A stretch of 64,000 nucleotides of DNA from assembly GCA_040437565.1 (NCBI GenBank), contig JBDOQK010000019.1, forward strand, positions 62,001 through 126,000. Direction: 5' to 3'. Below the pieces are notes generated by a model, which worked only from the letters and a program-made list of their open reading frames with translations, ran no database searches and was not told the origin of the DNA. The position numbers and the translations under genes are program-made. The DNA comes from Albugo candida. Taxonomy: Eukaryota. Shown here piece by piece: positions 34,784-47,999 of this stretch (the stretch's first letter is position 1; each line of letters opens with the position of its first letter).

Positions 34784-37700
34784 ATGGATCCTTCCAATGT
34801 GAGAATTTTAGTCGTAGAAGATGACGCTTTCACTCGAACTGCTACAATAGACATACTTTGCTCTTGCAAATACATTGTTTCCGCCGTCGAAAATGGGAAA
34901 GAAGCGCTTCAAACACTGCAAGAATCGCATCAAGAATACGATCTTGTTTTGTGTGATGTGATGCTTCCTTGTATGACTGGAATTGAGCTACTGGAAGCCA
35001 TCCAGGCACATCCCACTCGATTTAATCACATTCCTATCGTCATGACATCCTGTAATGAAGGAATGGACGTTGTGAAGAATTGCTTAAGCAAAGGCGCAAA
35101 AGATTATTTAATCAAACCCATTCAGGTCAACACTGCAAAGACGCTTGTTCGGCATGTGTGGCTGCATCGACAGCAACAAAGTAATCAGCAAAACGCACAA
35201 TCGGAAGTATCGAACGGGGTACACTTTGTACCTTGTTATTCTTCGATATGGCAAAATCTTGAGATGATTCGACAGATTGGAAGAGGAACACATGGAAATA
35301 TAATGCTTGCCAAGCGCAAAGAAGATGGAGCGATTGTCGCGATTAAACGGATACAGACTGCGGATTTTAGTGAACAAGGAAAGAAACAAGCTGATAATGA
35401 GGTCGTATTGCTAAAGTCGCTGTATCATGTAAATATCGTGCGCTTTTACGATCATTTCATGCTCGGTGACGAATTAAATATTNNNNNNNNNNNNNNNNNN
35501 NNNNNNNNNNNNNNNNNNNNNNNNNNNNNNNNNNNNNNNNNNNNNNNNNNNNNNNNNNNNNNNNNNNNNNNNNNNNNNNNNNTGTCGCGATTAAACGGAT
35601 ACAGACTGCGGATTTTAGTGAACAAGGAAAGAAACAAGCTGATAATGAGGTCGTATTGCTAAAGTCGCTGTATCATGTAAATATCGTGCGCTTTTACGAT
35701 CATTTCATGCTCGGTGACGAATTAAATATTGTGATGGAATACTCGGATGGAGGTAATCTTCGCCAATTGATAAGATTGAGAGCGAGAGATGAGATGGGAC
35801 CGTTTCCAGAGACTGTTATAATGTCGTGGTTTGCACAACTCGTGCTCGCAGTTGCGTATATTCACGGCAAGAACGTACTTCATCGCGACTTGAAAGCACA
35901 GAACGTTTTTTTGACGCGGAAAAATGTTATCAAATTGGGCGATTTTGGCATTTCCAAAGCTTTGAGCGATGATGTGACAGCCAACACAGCTTGTGGGACG
36001 CCAGAAAGTATGTCTCCGGAAATTTGTCGAAGTGAGCCTTACGGCAAGAAATCAGACGTATGGTCTCTTGGCTGCATTCTGTATGAATTGATCATGCTCT
36101 CACGACCATTTGAGGCCAAATCGCTTTCAGAAATCTTCACAAAGATTTGCAAAGCAGAATATGATCCGATCCCACAGCGCTTTTCGAGGGAATTGCGACT
36201 TTTAGTCCAGCTAATGCTGCAATTGGACCCAAACAAACGTCCGACAATCGACGATATCTGTCGATTTCCGTTTGTACAGGCTCCTATCCAGACCTTCCTA
36301 TCAGCACATGTATCGGAATTCCAAGAAGCACTGGAACTCGAGGCAAAATTACATCAGCCTTCCCTCTTTAGCGCTGAAACTTCGATAGATACATTGAATG
36401 GATCGGAAATACATCAAGAAGGTCTCAAACATCTTATTGACAACCAGCAAATCATCCAATCTCTCGAGAAATACACTGAAACGAAAACTTTGAAATCCAA
36501 GCTCACAGTCTCAACCTCCTCACTCAACGTTAAAGACAGCACTTTGCAGCACCAAAGAAACAACCAAATATGCGACGTTCGAGTTTTGACGAAGAATACG
36601 TCGGTGCATGAAGGAACACTTGAGGCACATAAGATGTCTTCCGAGACGTCATGTAGTCTCAGTAGTATCTCCAAGTCTCTACCGACCTCAGAATATCAAG
36701 AAATGGACCTTGCAGATGACTTTCGTGGGCTTATTTGCGTGCAAGACATTCGAAGTGGATTGTTTTCAATTCATATCGCTTGTATTTCAGGCGAAGATCT
36801 TCTTTACAATCTCAAATGTCAAATGGGGAAATCAGTAGAGGAAGCGTATGATTTCTTGGATGTGCTGCTTCACCATCGCCGTCTCAAAGTGGTCGTAGCG
36901 GATGATATGAATGAGCCTAACATCCAAAGCAGCAGCACGTTGATCCGATTCCAAGTGGACGAGATTTTCGAACCGATGAATATGCGATACATTTACAATT
37001 ACCCGGCTCCAGAAACGCCCATGCAAATAGCTTTGGAAGTGCGTCACTGCATACAAAAGATACATGAGAGCAAGCAGTATCCCGACCGAATCAGTATGGG
37101 ATTTCAGGGCTCCTACACCGTGACAAAATACTCAATGCATCGACATCGGTCTTTCAGTAAAGGAATAGATTCGGGGAATCCCGCAGGGAGCAATGAGGTA
37201 GCTCTCTCTTTAGCATATCGCCATTTCCTCCGATCAGTGGCCAAGCTACAAACTGTGGAGTTGAATAACGTATCAAAGCACGATCGTCAAGCTTTCTTCA
37301 TCAACGTGTACAACACGATGGTCTTGCACGGGATGATCGAATATGGGATTCCACAAAACAGCACGCAGTATCGAAAATTCGAGAAAGATGTCCAGTATCA
37401 GATTGGAGCCTACCGATTTACTCTCAGCGACCTGAAACATGGAATCATACGCTGCAATCGAAAGCCTCCGAGCAACTACTGGGAACGTCAATTCCAGGCT
37501 CAAGACCCTCGACTTCAGTTTCGATTGCATATTCGCGATCCGCGCTCCTTACTCGTTCTCATAGAGCCATGTGAGCCATTGATCGTCCCCAATGAAGCAG
37601 CTATCATACATGCGGGGAGGACAGATACCGATTTGGAAGAACAGGTCGGAGCGTATTGTGCTTGTCGTGTCGAGATTCACATCGAAACGCAAGAAGTAGT

Positions 37701-37845
37701 GCTTCCACGATTATTCCGGGTGTTCAGAACCGATTTTGGAGCGGCCGAACGAGACGTGATATCGTGGCTTTCAGAGTATGTGCCTCACCTTCCTTCGAAT
37801 TTTACAAGTTATCGAATAAAGTATGCCGGAGGAATTGTTTGTTGA
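34784..37845 (+). CDS. Response-regulator receiver - NEK (NIMA) Ser/Thr kinase - DEP - DUF547 fusion protein (~937 aa after removing the artefactual duplication)
   Basis: REC: ILVVEDD, LVLCDVMLP, IVMTS, DYLIKP. Kinase: GRGTHG, VAIK, HRDLKAQN, DFG, PYGKKSDVWSLG. DUF547: AFFINVYN, LKHGIIRCN. Removing 35483-35730 leaves one 2814-nt ORF. Confidence 0.88.
35335..35730. repeat. Gap-flanking direct duplication (35335-35482 = 35583-35730), probable assembly artefact
   Basis: Identical copies around a 100-N gap. Confidence 0.9.
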
Positions 37846-38010
37846 ATGGATCGGGCTGCGAGATCTTCTCTTCAGGCTGTAGAGAGCGTGTAGGCTTGAG
37901 AAAAAAAAGTTTTGAATCAATGTATTCGATGGTGAATTTTGACCGTATTTGCGTCTACAGAGCGTATCGTGTAAGCCCTTGTACGATCTCGAAAGGTCAT
38001 TGTGCTTTGA

Positions 38011-41000
38011 ATGGGTCCAAAAAAGCTTTCGGTATCGTCTTTGAATGAGAAAAGGAATGCGAGCGTTCAGGAGAGAATAGTAACTAATGTATCGCCAGTT
38101 TTTCTCAAATCGACTGATTCATTGCATAGCCATTACCCGTGCGAGATGTCCCGGCACTGGAGACGGTCTTATCGCATTATACGCCGCCTTCAAAGCCAAA
38201 AGAGCTGTTCTCAGAGTGGAACACGAGCTTTGGTAAGCCCATGCACCGCCATCTCGCATCGTTTCTCTACAATTCTTTGTGTTTAGCATCGGAGCATTGG
38301 TGTTCCGAGTCTACGCCGTATGTCGACCCCACACCTCTGGAAGCATTTTTATGCATGCAGGCAAATCCAACACACATCAAAAGCCTCTTTGACGTTGAAT
38401 CGCTTCTATTGTAGCCATATGATTGCCATCAAGTGTCTTGGATGCGGCTTCAAGAGGTAGCGCTATGCAACGTAAAGGCTTATACGCCCAACAGTGCCGT
38501 AAATGCTCGCGATCAATCAGCTCCAAAAATCACGAGCGACGGACCTTCACATCAAGTGAGTCGAATGTATGTGTTCATCCCTTTCTCCTCTTTGATTCTC
38601 TGTACAGAAAGCTGTGGATGCTCCGATTTTGATCGATCCCGAGACCATGCAACGATCGCAAGAGCTCGATTCTCGATTTTTTTTCCAACGAAAATGGACG
38701 TGTGAGCAGCTGGAGCAATTGAAAGCATGGGAGATCAATGAAACACGGGTAAGAAGAGAGCGGGAAGCACAATCCCGTGCATGGCTTGCGTACGAGGATA
38801 CTCTCGCATGTCATCTCGCAAATCGAACACCGCATTTCTTCACCGATGAGATCGAAATTGACCCAAACGACCTTATCGACGACGAAGATGACACAACTCA
38901 CACCTTTGACGTTTTACAACCTCCTCCATCTGCAGTGTCGCTGATCAACACGCTCTGTAAACCTCGTTTTCCGGAAGGGAGTCTTATTCAATGCGACACG
39001 GCTTCGGTCTTTCGGGTCATCCAACAGCTACTAAAAAAATGGCAATGCCAACCCTTTCAATTTCCCTGGGAATCCATCTACCCGCAGGATTTGCGTGGTG
39101 CACCTTTGTACAATGCGGGAGCGCGATACTCCATACGGCTTTATGTATTAGGCAGATGGAGAAGTATTGACGTCGATGATCGGCTTCCCGTCGATGAGGA
39201 AGGTAGGTCGATCTACCTGTCCACCATGCATCCGTCAGACTTGTGGCCATCTCTCTTGTGTAAAGCTATCTCCAAGACCTTCTACTGGCTTCGTGAGTCT
39301 TTAAGTCTCCAGGATGAAGCCATACATATCGGTCACTTGATCACGTGCCTTACGAGTTGGAAATTAGTTCCATTCTCAGGCTCCCTGAATTCATTTTTCG
39401 ATGCTGAGAAACTGATAGCGTGCCCAGAAGCCTTAGAAGAGCCCGATATCCTCCCAGCGGTACTTATATGCGGTCGAGAAGGAGATTCAAAGAATTTGCG
39501 GCCTCGAGAAATCGCTCTTGTTGAAGAGCTTGTACAGGACGAAGTGAGCCTCATCGGATTCTACGATCAATACAGCGAGTTTGTACGCATCGAAGACACC
39601 AACATGTCCGCCTTCTACCTGTTTCTTATGTATCCTCCTGCCAAAGCAGTAGCAGAAATGATGCACACGTGGACAGAAGCCCCGACTGTGAACGACAATA
39701 CGGCTTCTGTGATCCATTCTTCTCCACCAAATTTTATCTCGACTCGATTGCTGGTTCTCAAGCATTGCCAGAAGCCAAAGTCTCACACTATCGATTTAGT
39801 TTTGACGTTGTCACGTGTACCGCCAGTGGAAATTCACGCTGCAGATCTATCGGAAGTATCTTCGAAAGCTTTAGGCGTTGCTAAAGATGCAAGTCTTTTT
39901 CTTATAGAGCAGGACGTCTATCGTCAAAGACCGAGTTCCAACTTCATCACTGTCGATACCACACGATCTGTGCGCCTCTCACTCGATCATAATGTAGATC
40001 ATATCTTCCGCATATCTCCGCTGTCGAATCTGGTGTACGGGTTCGCGTTGCAGTCTGAGGCCTTCTCTAAGCACCAGGAACCTCCAGAGATGAAGATCAT
40101 GGAGATTGCTGATTTTTGGAAAGAGGAAGGGCTAAACACAATTAAGACGCGTGGTACGACGGGTGTGCTTCGACAGAGTTCGTGGACGATCTTAATGATG
40201 CAAGTCATCAAAATCCAAAACAGTAGTGAGGAGCCTGTTTGGCTTTGGACCAATTTGGATCTATCGGATGGATCAATAGCTCCAAATGTATCTCTGAGCG
40301 TTGTCGATAACAACACTTGTACTGTCATTACTCGATGTCCGCTTTTGTATGATCGAATCAAGCTCTGTGAAGGAGAAGACCGCGCAGTAGTTGGGCCTTT
40401 TACAATCCTACTTGAATGTCACGCTCCTGATCAGTTGGACGTGATTCCTATCACTTGGGAGCTTTCCATCGCGACAAATTGCGAATTTACGAGTTCTCAG
40501 GTACACGATCCACTGTCTCGTGTCGAGTTTGCTGGGCCTTACACACCCAATCGGTCAATGGTTTTGTTTCGAGACACACTTTCCGTGTCGAAATCAACGA
40601 CTCTGACGAGTGTACAGGCTCAGCTGATGACAGATGATGAGACCGTGTCCATTGTCAATGATCTCGCTGTAAGATTCGATATTTTCGAGTCTGGAAGCGG
40701 TCATCTGCTATCTTCACTGTCAGCGATCGGACCGAAAGCATTGCAGCTTCCTTGGCAATTCGGACAGTCGGAAGGGTGCAGTAGTTTGACCGTTGTAGCG
40801 AGCATCGACGAGATTTTGGGTCCTGTACCAGAGGATCTACAGGCTCGAGTTGCTTTCCATTCGTCTTTCTCCACGCCTTTGGCCGGGGAGGAGCCTAAGG
40901 CTCGAACCAATTCACAAGGTATCTATTGGCATCTCACTTGCTTCTCCACGGAAAACGTACGATTCGAGCCTGACGTATCGAGAGAGAGGGAGTTCGAGTC

Positions 41001-41424
41001 GATCGTGGAAGGATGGCAACAATGCGGTAAACATCGCGACGCAAATGGAGCGATTTCGAGGCTTTTTTTTCTACGAGAGCCCGAGCTTTCAGAATTGAAA
41101 TCGCGCCAAGAAAATGTCAGTGAGGATACACTGCTCAAAACTCAGAGACGTTTGATTCCCGTCAAAGGAGAAGGCAACTACATCCATCAAATCGCATCGT
41201 CGAATCCGATTCAGCGCATAAAACTTCCGAATGAGATTGAACAGGAAGAAGAAGAGATTCTGCAGACAATGAAAATGGATGAGGTCGCTTGGACAGAACG
41301 ACAAGCGGCACGGATCGGTACCAAGCAAACGTACACGGACCAAGTGAGTGAGCTTTGGTCACAAATACATATTCGAAGAGCTCAATTGTCGGAGCAGTGG
41401 GAATCGTTCCAAAATGTAAATTGA
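38011..41424 (+). CDS. Androglobin-like / atypical calpain-domain protein, with short 5' exons
   Basis: PLYNAGARYSIRLYVLGRWRSIDVDDRLP...LWPSLLCKAISK resembles the ADGB/calpain-7 CysPc-like segment. C-terminal YWHLTCFS...DVSREREFESIVEGW...RDANGAISRLFFL resembles the ADGB C-terminal block. Confidence 0.65.
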
Positions 41425-41516
41425 TTGAGAATTCACTCATTGTTAAATATGTATTTTATTCATTAATTTTCGCTTCATTGTAGTCATTTTTTCCTTTAGA
41501 CATTGACCATACTTGC

Positions 41517-44245
41517 TTACATAAATGCACTTGAATTGTCAGAGAGCGAGGGTACTGGATGCTTGCCAAAATAGTGATTGGTACAGAGTCCCTGCATGCG
41601 TGCTGTCTTCATGCATTCGAGAACGGTACACTTGCGATCGGCACCGTGAGTGACACAATATCCTCCACGCCGATCTGTTTTCTCGCATCCTTCCAAACGA
41701 CATCGACGCCCACCTCCGTGAGCGCGACATCGACCGTACCCTTGACTGCTTTTAGTGCAGCCTGGATGGGTACATCGACTTCCTCCACCATGTTGCTTGC
41801 ACAGGCCTTTAGATTGTGCAGAGTTCTTGCAGTCTTTGGCTTGACATCTTTTACCTCCTCCATGATTGATACATCGTCCACCACCTTGATCGCTGAGATT
41901 GCATCCTGGTTCATCGCATCGCTTACCTCCACCGTGAGCCTTGCATAACCCACGAGATCGGATAGTGCGATTGCACCCTTCCACAGCACAACTCCGGAGC
42001 TTTCGATATTCTCCACGAGATACTTTTGACCCTGTCGATTGTGTCATTGGAGCATCATTTTTAGCGGAAGCATTGGTATAATTCCCATTTTGTAACGAAA
42101 ATTGGTTCGAATCGATCATGAATAAGGACGAGTGGTGGTTTCCTAATACGTGATTCGAGTCATTTACTGGTCCTCCCAGCACCTCGCGACTGGAAAGAGA
42201 GATAGAATCGGATACATCAAATGCAGGATCGTTATGTCCGATCGAATTGTTTTCAGGGCGGCTCGATATGTCATTCTCACAAAAATCTAGACGATTACCG
42301 GATATTCGCTTGTATGTGACTTGTGGATTCTCACGATTCTCATCGTGCGACCGGCACAACGAACGAAAACGGTGAATTTCCTAGAGCATTGGAATAAAAG
42401 TGCTCAGTGAATGAGTTTCAATGATATTGAGAAATTGCGTACCTGACCACAAAAGCAGCGTTTCTGTGCTTTTTTGCGAAGAGAGGCAACACATTGTGTG
42501 TGATATAAATGGCCACAAGGCTCGACGAAAAATCGTGCCTGTGACAATCCACACATCGCACACAGACCTTGTGAGTCTTTTGCCTGGGGTACCGTTTTTA
42601 ACGTGCAGTCGTAATGGTCCTGTAGAAGAGAAGGATGTGATCCATTCGGTTGACGGGGAGCTTCAAAATACGCGTGATGGGAGCGAGAAGCCTGAGGATG
42701 AAGTTTGGTACATTGTACGACTTGATTGGGATATTGATGGTACATACTGGTTGTCGGGGACATAAGAGGGACCATGGTACTTGGGACGGGCTGTCCCACG
42801 GTATCACCATGATCAATTGGAGAAATGGGACCGTACCGCCAGAATAATTCGGGCTCCTTAACTCGTACACATCCATTAATATTGGAAGCGTTATTGGATT
42901 GCTCAATAGAGTGCAATCTATTTCCAGGAACGTACTCGCTCGAGTCAGCAAATACGCTAAAGGTACCCATATCCGATGTTGCAGTGGAACGTGATGTAAT
43001 CCCATGTGAGCCATATAAACATTGTGTACCAGCTGGTACGTCAAATGGTACAGAATAAAAACTAGTCCCATTGGCACGCTGGCCCTTTCCGACGTCCCTA
43101 CCTGAAGTATTCGACGTTGCGGAATCCACAAGCAATCCCAGACCGCTCCGACCTGATTGATTTTCATCTTTGTGCACTATCGTCGGAGACATGCTCGTTG
43201 TCGTCCGATTTGCTGAGATTTCATGCTCCNNNNNNNNNNNNNNNNNNNNNNNNNNNNNNNNNNNNNNNNNNNNNNNNNNNNNNNNNNNNNNNNNNNNNNN
43301 NNNNNNNNNNNNNNNNNNNNNNNNNNNNNCGTAATGGTCCTGTAGAAGAGAAGGATGTGATCCATTCGGTTGACGGGGAGCTTCAAAATACGCGTGATGG
43401 GAGCGAGAAGCCTGAGGATGAAGTTTGGTACATTGTACGACTTGATTGGGATATTGATGGTACATACTGGTTGTCGGGGACATAAGAGGGACCATGGTAC
43501 TTGGGACGGGCTGTCCCACGGTATCACCATGATCAATTGGAGAAATGGGACCGTACCGCCAGAATAATTCGGGCTCCTTAACTCGTACACATCCATTAAT
43601 ATTGGAAGCGTTATTGGATTGCTCAATAGAGTGCAATCTATTTCCAGGAACGTACTCGCTCGAGTCAGCAAATACGCTAAAGGTACCCATATCCGATGTT
43701 GCAGTGGAACGTGATGTAATCCCATGTGAGCCATATAAACATTGTGTACCAGCTGGTACGTCAAATGGTACAGAATAAAAACTAGTCCCATTGGCACGCT
43801 GGCCCTTTCCGACGTCCCTACCTGAAGTATTCGACGTTGCGGAATCCACAAGCAATCCCAGACCGCTCCGACCTGATTGATTTTCATCTTTGTGCACTAT
43901 CGTCGGAGACATGCTCGTTGTCGTCCGATTTGCTGAGATTTCATGCTCCGGAAATTGGAAATGAGGAGTCCCATTTGATTGCGAATATAGCGGGACATGA
44001 TATCCGATTGGCAAGGATGTAAACGATGCATTCTGATTGGACGTATTTGCTGTCATCTGATCATTGTAATATGTGACGGTACCATGGTCCGCCGTATGGT
44101 ACAACGATTCGTGAGCGTACTTTTGAGGAACGCTATTGTGATTGTGAAAAGCAACGTTTGTCCCATATAAAAATCCGTACCCTGGATTTTGACCCGATTT
44201 ATATTGTGGGCTGATACCATTACCGGTGCTACATGTATTGAACAT
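41517..44245 (-). CDS. RING-H2-like + six HGGG (WRKY19-like) zinc-finger repeat protein, two exons
   Basis: CAMC-x11-CGHLYHTQC-x11-CFC, intron near 42382-42442, then C-x4-C-x9-C-x2-H(GGG) repeated six times. Confidence 0.8.
42610..43949. repeat. Gap-flanking direct duplication (42610-43229 = 43330-43949), probable assembly artefact
   Basis: Identical copies around a 100-N gap. Confidence 0.9.
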
Positions 44246-47200
44246 AAATCAAGTTAGAAACAACCCCTAATAAATTGACACCGTCGACTCCTTATTCAGT
44301 TTGAACCCCGAATAGGCTTCTGACTAGTAAGGATTCAGCGCTCATCAATAGGCTTATTGGGTACCTTGCTTGATTTGATCCATTGCGCAGTGTAGGTAGC
44401 ACAGCCGCAAATTGTGTCGTCGAATCCATCATACTTGCAGTTATGTATTGTACCTTATGATTGGAATCCAATCTGACAGCTAACCTCCCTATTCTTGTCG
44501 CTTTTCTGCAAGTAATTCACTACCGCGCTGATCACAAATACCAAGTTGATTAAAAAGTATCGCTTATAAGTGGTCAAATGCTATGAGGTTAGGCGACAAA
44601 TAAAATTTGCAGTCACCATACTGGTGGCTCCACCTGAACTGTTGTGATACTTTTGTAATAATCCCGTTCCGACGGTTTTCCCTTTTTTAGACATAAGCCC
44701 TACCCTGATTCTATCGATGAGATCTTGAGAGTCATAGCGGTCGAATGCGATGGGGAAGTCTCTGAGGTGCTTTTACAATGAGCATGTTGAAATCTGATCT
44801 TAAGAACTCTTTCTGTTCTCATCTCCTTTTGAATTGATTCTTCCATTGAATGAAAACTTCAAACCTATCACATTAAGATGGACCGCACGAGATTGGGATC
44901 GACCATTCTCTTTATACCAGATTTTATTGATAGTCACTTTACTGAATAATGTTCATCATGAACTTATGCGATGCTCAGTCTGACATTAGTAGAAGGCATC
45001 GCAGACGTTATAAGCAGCTGACGATATGATCGGTGGAAAGTAGGTATTTTTCCTTACAGCAATAAACTTGACACAATCGTTTACTGATAAATAGGCTCGT
45101 ACATGTTATAAATCCTAGCTTAAAAACTCCCAATATCATTGCGATGATAATCACTGACCGCCACGAATTATCAAACCATCTAAAGACTCTAAGTGATCTC
45201 ATTGATACGTCATGACTTGTCAGTGAATGGTTTTGATCTTGTCCTTTCTTCGATGGTCTCGCCAATTCGCTGGAAATGTGCCACGTTGAGACCGTACTAC
45301 AACCATGGCTGAAAGCAACAAATAAACCTTTAATAGCAACTATGCGCGTTTTGAGAGTTTAAAGCCATAAGTTTTTGTGACGGAAGCTTAGTTCGGAGCA
45401 CAAAAAAGGCACATAAAAATGCTCGAGTAATATTAATACGTATGAGAATTGAATGCCATCGAATCAAATTAAGAAACAAATAGGTAACGTGATCTCTCTA
45501 GCGAACAATAATATGTCTGCAAAGTATCAACCCTGACTGGTCGAATTTTATAAATTTCAATACAAATGCTCGTTTGTTCGGCAGTCTCCATTTAGGGACC
45601 ATCGATGNNNNNNNNNNNNNNNNNNNNNNNNNNNNNNNNNNNNNNNNNNNNNNNNNNNNNNNNNNNNNNNNNNNNNNNNNNNNNNNNNNNNNNNNNNNNN
45701 NNNNNNNTCATCTTTGTGCACTATCGTCGGAGACATGCTCGTTGTCGTCCGATTTGCTGAGATTTCATGCTCCGGAAATTGGAAATGAGGAGTCCCATTT
45801 GATTGCGAATATAGCGGGACATGATATCCGATTGGCAAGGATGTAAACGATGCATTCTGATTGGACGTATTTGCTGTCATCTGATCATTGTAATATGTGA
45901 CGGTACCATGGTCCGCCGTATGGTACAACGATTCGTGAGCGTACTTTTGAGGAACGCTATTGTGATTGTGAAAAGCAACGTTTGTCCCATATAAAAATCC
46001 GTACCCTGGATTTTGACCCGATTTATATTGTGGGCTGATACCATTACCGGTGCTACATGTATTGAACATAAATCAAGTTAGAAACAACCCCTAATAAATT
46101 GACACCGTCGACTCCTTATTCAGTTTGAACCCCGAATAGGCTTCTGACTAGTAAGGATTCAGCGCTCATCAATAGGCTTATTGGGTACCTTGCTTGATTT
46201 GATCCATTGCGCAGTGTAGGTAGCACAGCCGCAAATTGTGTCGTCGAATCCATCATACTTGCAGTTATGTATTGTACCTTATGATTGGAATCCAATCTGA
46301 CAGCTAACCTCCCTATTCTTGTCGCTTTTCTGCAAGTAATTCACTACCGCGCTGATCACAAATACCAAGTTGATTAAAAAGTATCGCTTATAAGTGGTCA
46401 AATGCTATGAGGTTAGGCGACAAATAAAATTTGCAGTCACCATACTGGTGGCTCCACCTGAACTGTTGTGATACTTTTGTAATAATCCCGTTCCGACGGT
46501 TTTCCCTTTTTTAGACATAAGCCCTACCCTGATTCTATCGATGAGATCTTGAGAGTCATAGCGGTCGAATGCGATGGGGAAGTCTCTGAGGTGCTTTTAC
46601 AATGAGCATGTTGAAATCTGATCTTAAGAACTCTTTCTGTTCTCATCTCCTTTTGAATTGATTCTTCCATTGAATGAAAACTTCAAACCTATCACATTAA
46701 GATGGACCGCACGAGATTGGGATCGACCATTCTCTTTATACCAGATTTTATTGATAGTCACTTTACTGAATAATGTTCATCATGAACTTATGCGATGCTC
46801 AGTCTGACATTAGTAGAAGGCATCGCAGACGTTATAAGCAGCTGACGATATGATCGGTGGAAAGTAGGTATTTTTCCTTACAGCAATAAACTTGACACAA
46901 TCGTTTACTGATAAATAGGCTCGTACATGTTATAAATCCTAGCTTAAAAACTCCCAATATCATTGCGATGATAATCACTGACCGCCACGAATTATCAAAC
47001 CATCTAAAGACTCTAAGTGATCTCATTGATACGTCATGACTTGTCAGTGAATGGTTTTGATCTTGTCCTTTCTTCGATGGTCTCGCCAATTCGCTGGAAA
47101 TGTGCCACGTTGAGACCGTACTACAACCATGGCTGAAAGCAACAAATAAACCTTTAATAGCAACTATGCGCGTTTTGAGAGTTTAAAGCCATAAGTTTTT

Positions 47201-47431
47201 GTGACGGAAGCTTAGTTCGGAGCACAAAAAAGGCACATAAAAATGCTCGAGTAATATTAATACGTATGAGAATTGAATGCCATCGAATCAAATTAAGAAA
47301 CAAATAGGTAACGTGATCTCTCTAGCGAACAATAATATGTCTGCAAAGTATCAACCCTGACTGGTCGAATTTTATAAATTTCAATACAAATGCTCGTTTG
47401 TTCGGCAGTCTCCATTTAGGGACCATCGATG
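43884..47431. repeat. Gap-flanking direct duplication (43884-45607 = 45708-47431), probable assembly artefact
   Basis: About 1.7-kb apparently identical copies around a 100-N gap. Confidence 0.9.
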
Positions 47432-47905
47432 CCTGATGTCATCGTAGAAGCGGTAGCTAATAAAGTAAAGGAGCCGTTGAACTGTGCAACTCAACCCGTC
47501 AGGTATTGGCATCGAAAAAAAGCTATTTGTATATGTGTAGCAACTTTCTAGCAAATGGTCTTTTCGTTTTTGGTACGTTGATAACATCACTTTCCGTATA
47601 AGTCAAACAAGAATAAAAAACAGATTCGGAATTGACTTTTACTGGAACATCAAGCTGATCCATGGAGCACCGATACTGATTATCCGCAGGATGAGCTTCC
47701 TTTCTTCTCCAGACTATAAGCCATATGTTTTATGTATGCGTATTGGTACCTACCAACTAGCCGATATGTACTGTTTACAATAGTGCAAATATTACGGCCT
47801 TAAAACGTTTGTTCGATCAGAAGCTGCTTGTGTGAATCTTCAGTTTTGTCTCGCCATTTCTTTTATTTTCAGTATCACGAGAAAAGAGTGTTAAAAAGGC
47901 GTTCT

Positions 47906-47975
47906 TGATTGGTCGATATAAAAGCATAGCTTATTTGATTGGCCTATCATTACTTTCTCTCGTCCAATTGGTTCG
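47906..47975. promoter_or_regulatory. Cluster of CCAAT boxes upstream of eIF3k
   Basis: tgattgg twice and ccaattgg within about 95 bp of ATG 48000. Confidence 0.4.
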
Positions 47976-47999
47976 GAGGCCACGAACTTTTGATCGAAT

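Noticed and set aside
45008-45265. 85-aa ORF with a hydrophobic stretch (also at 46832-47089)
   Set aside because: Non-ATG start and no recognisable similarity. The second copy belongs to the artefactual duplication.
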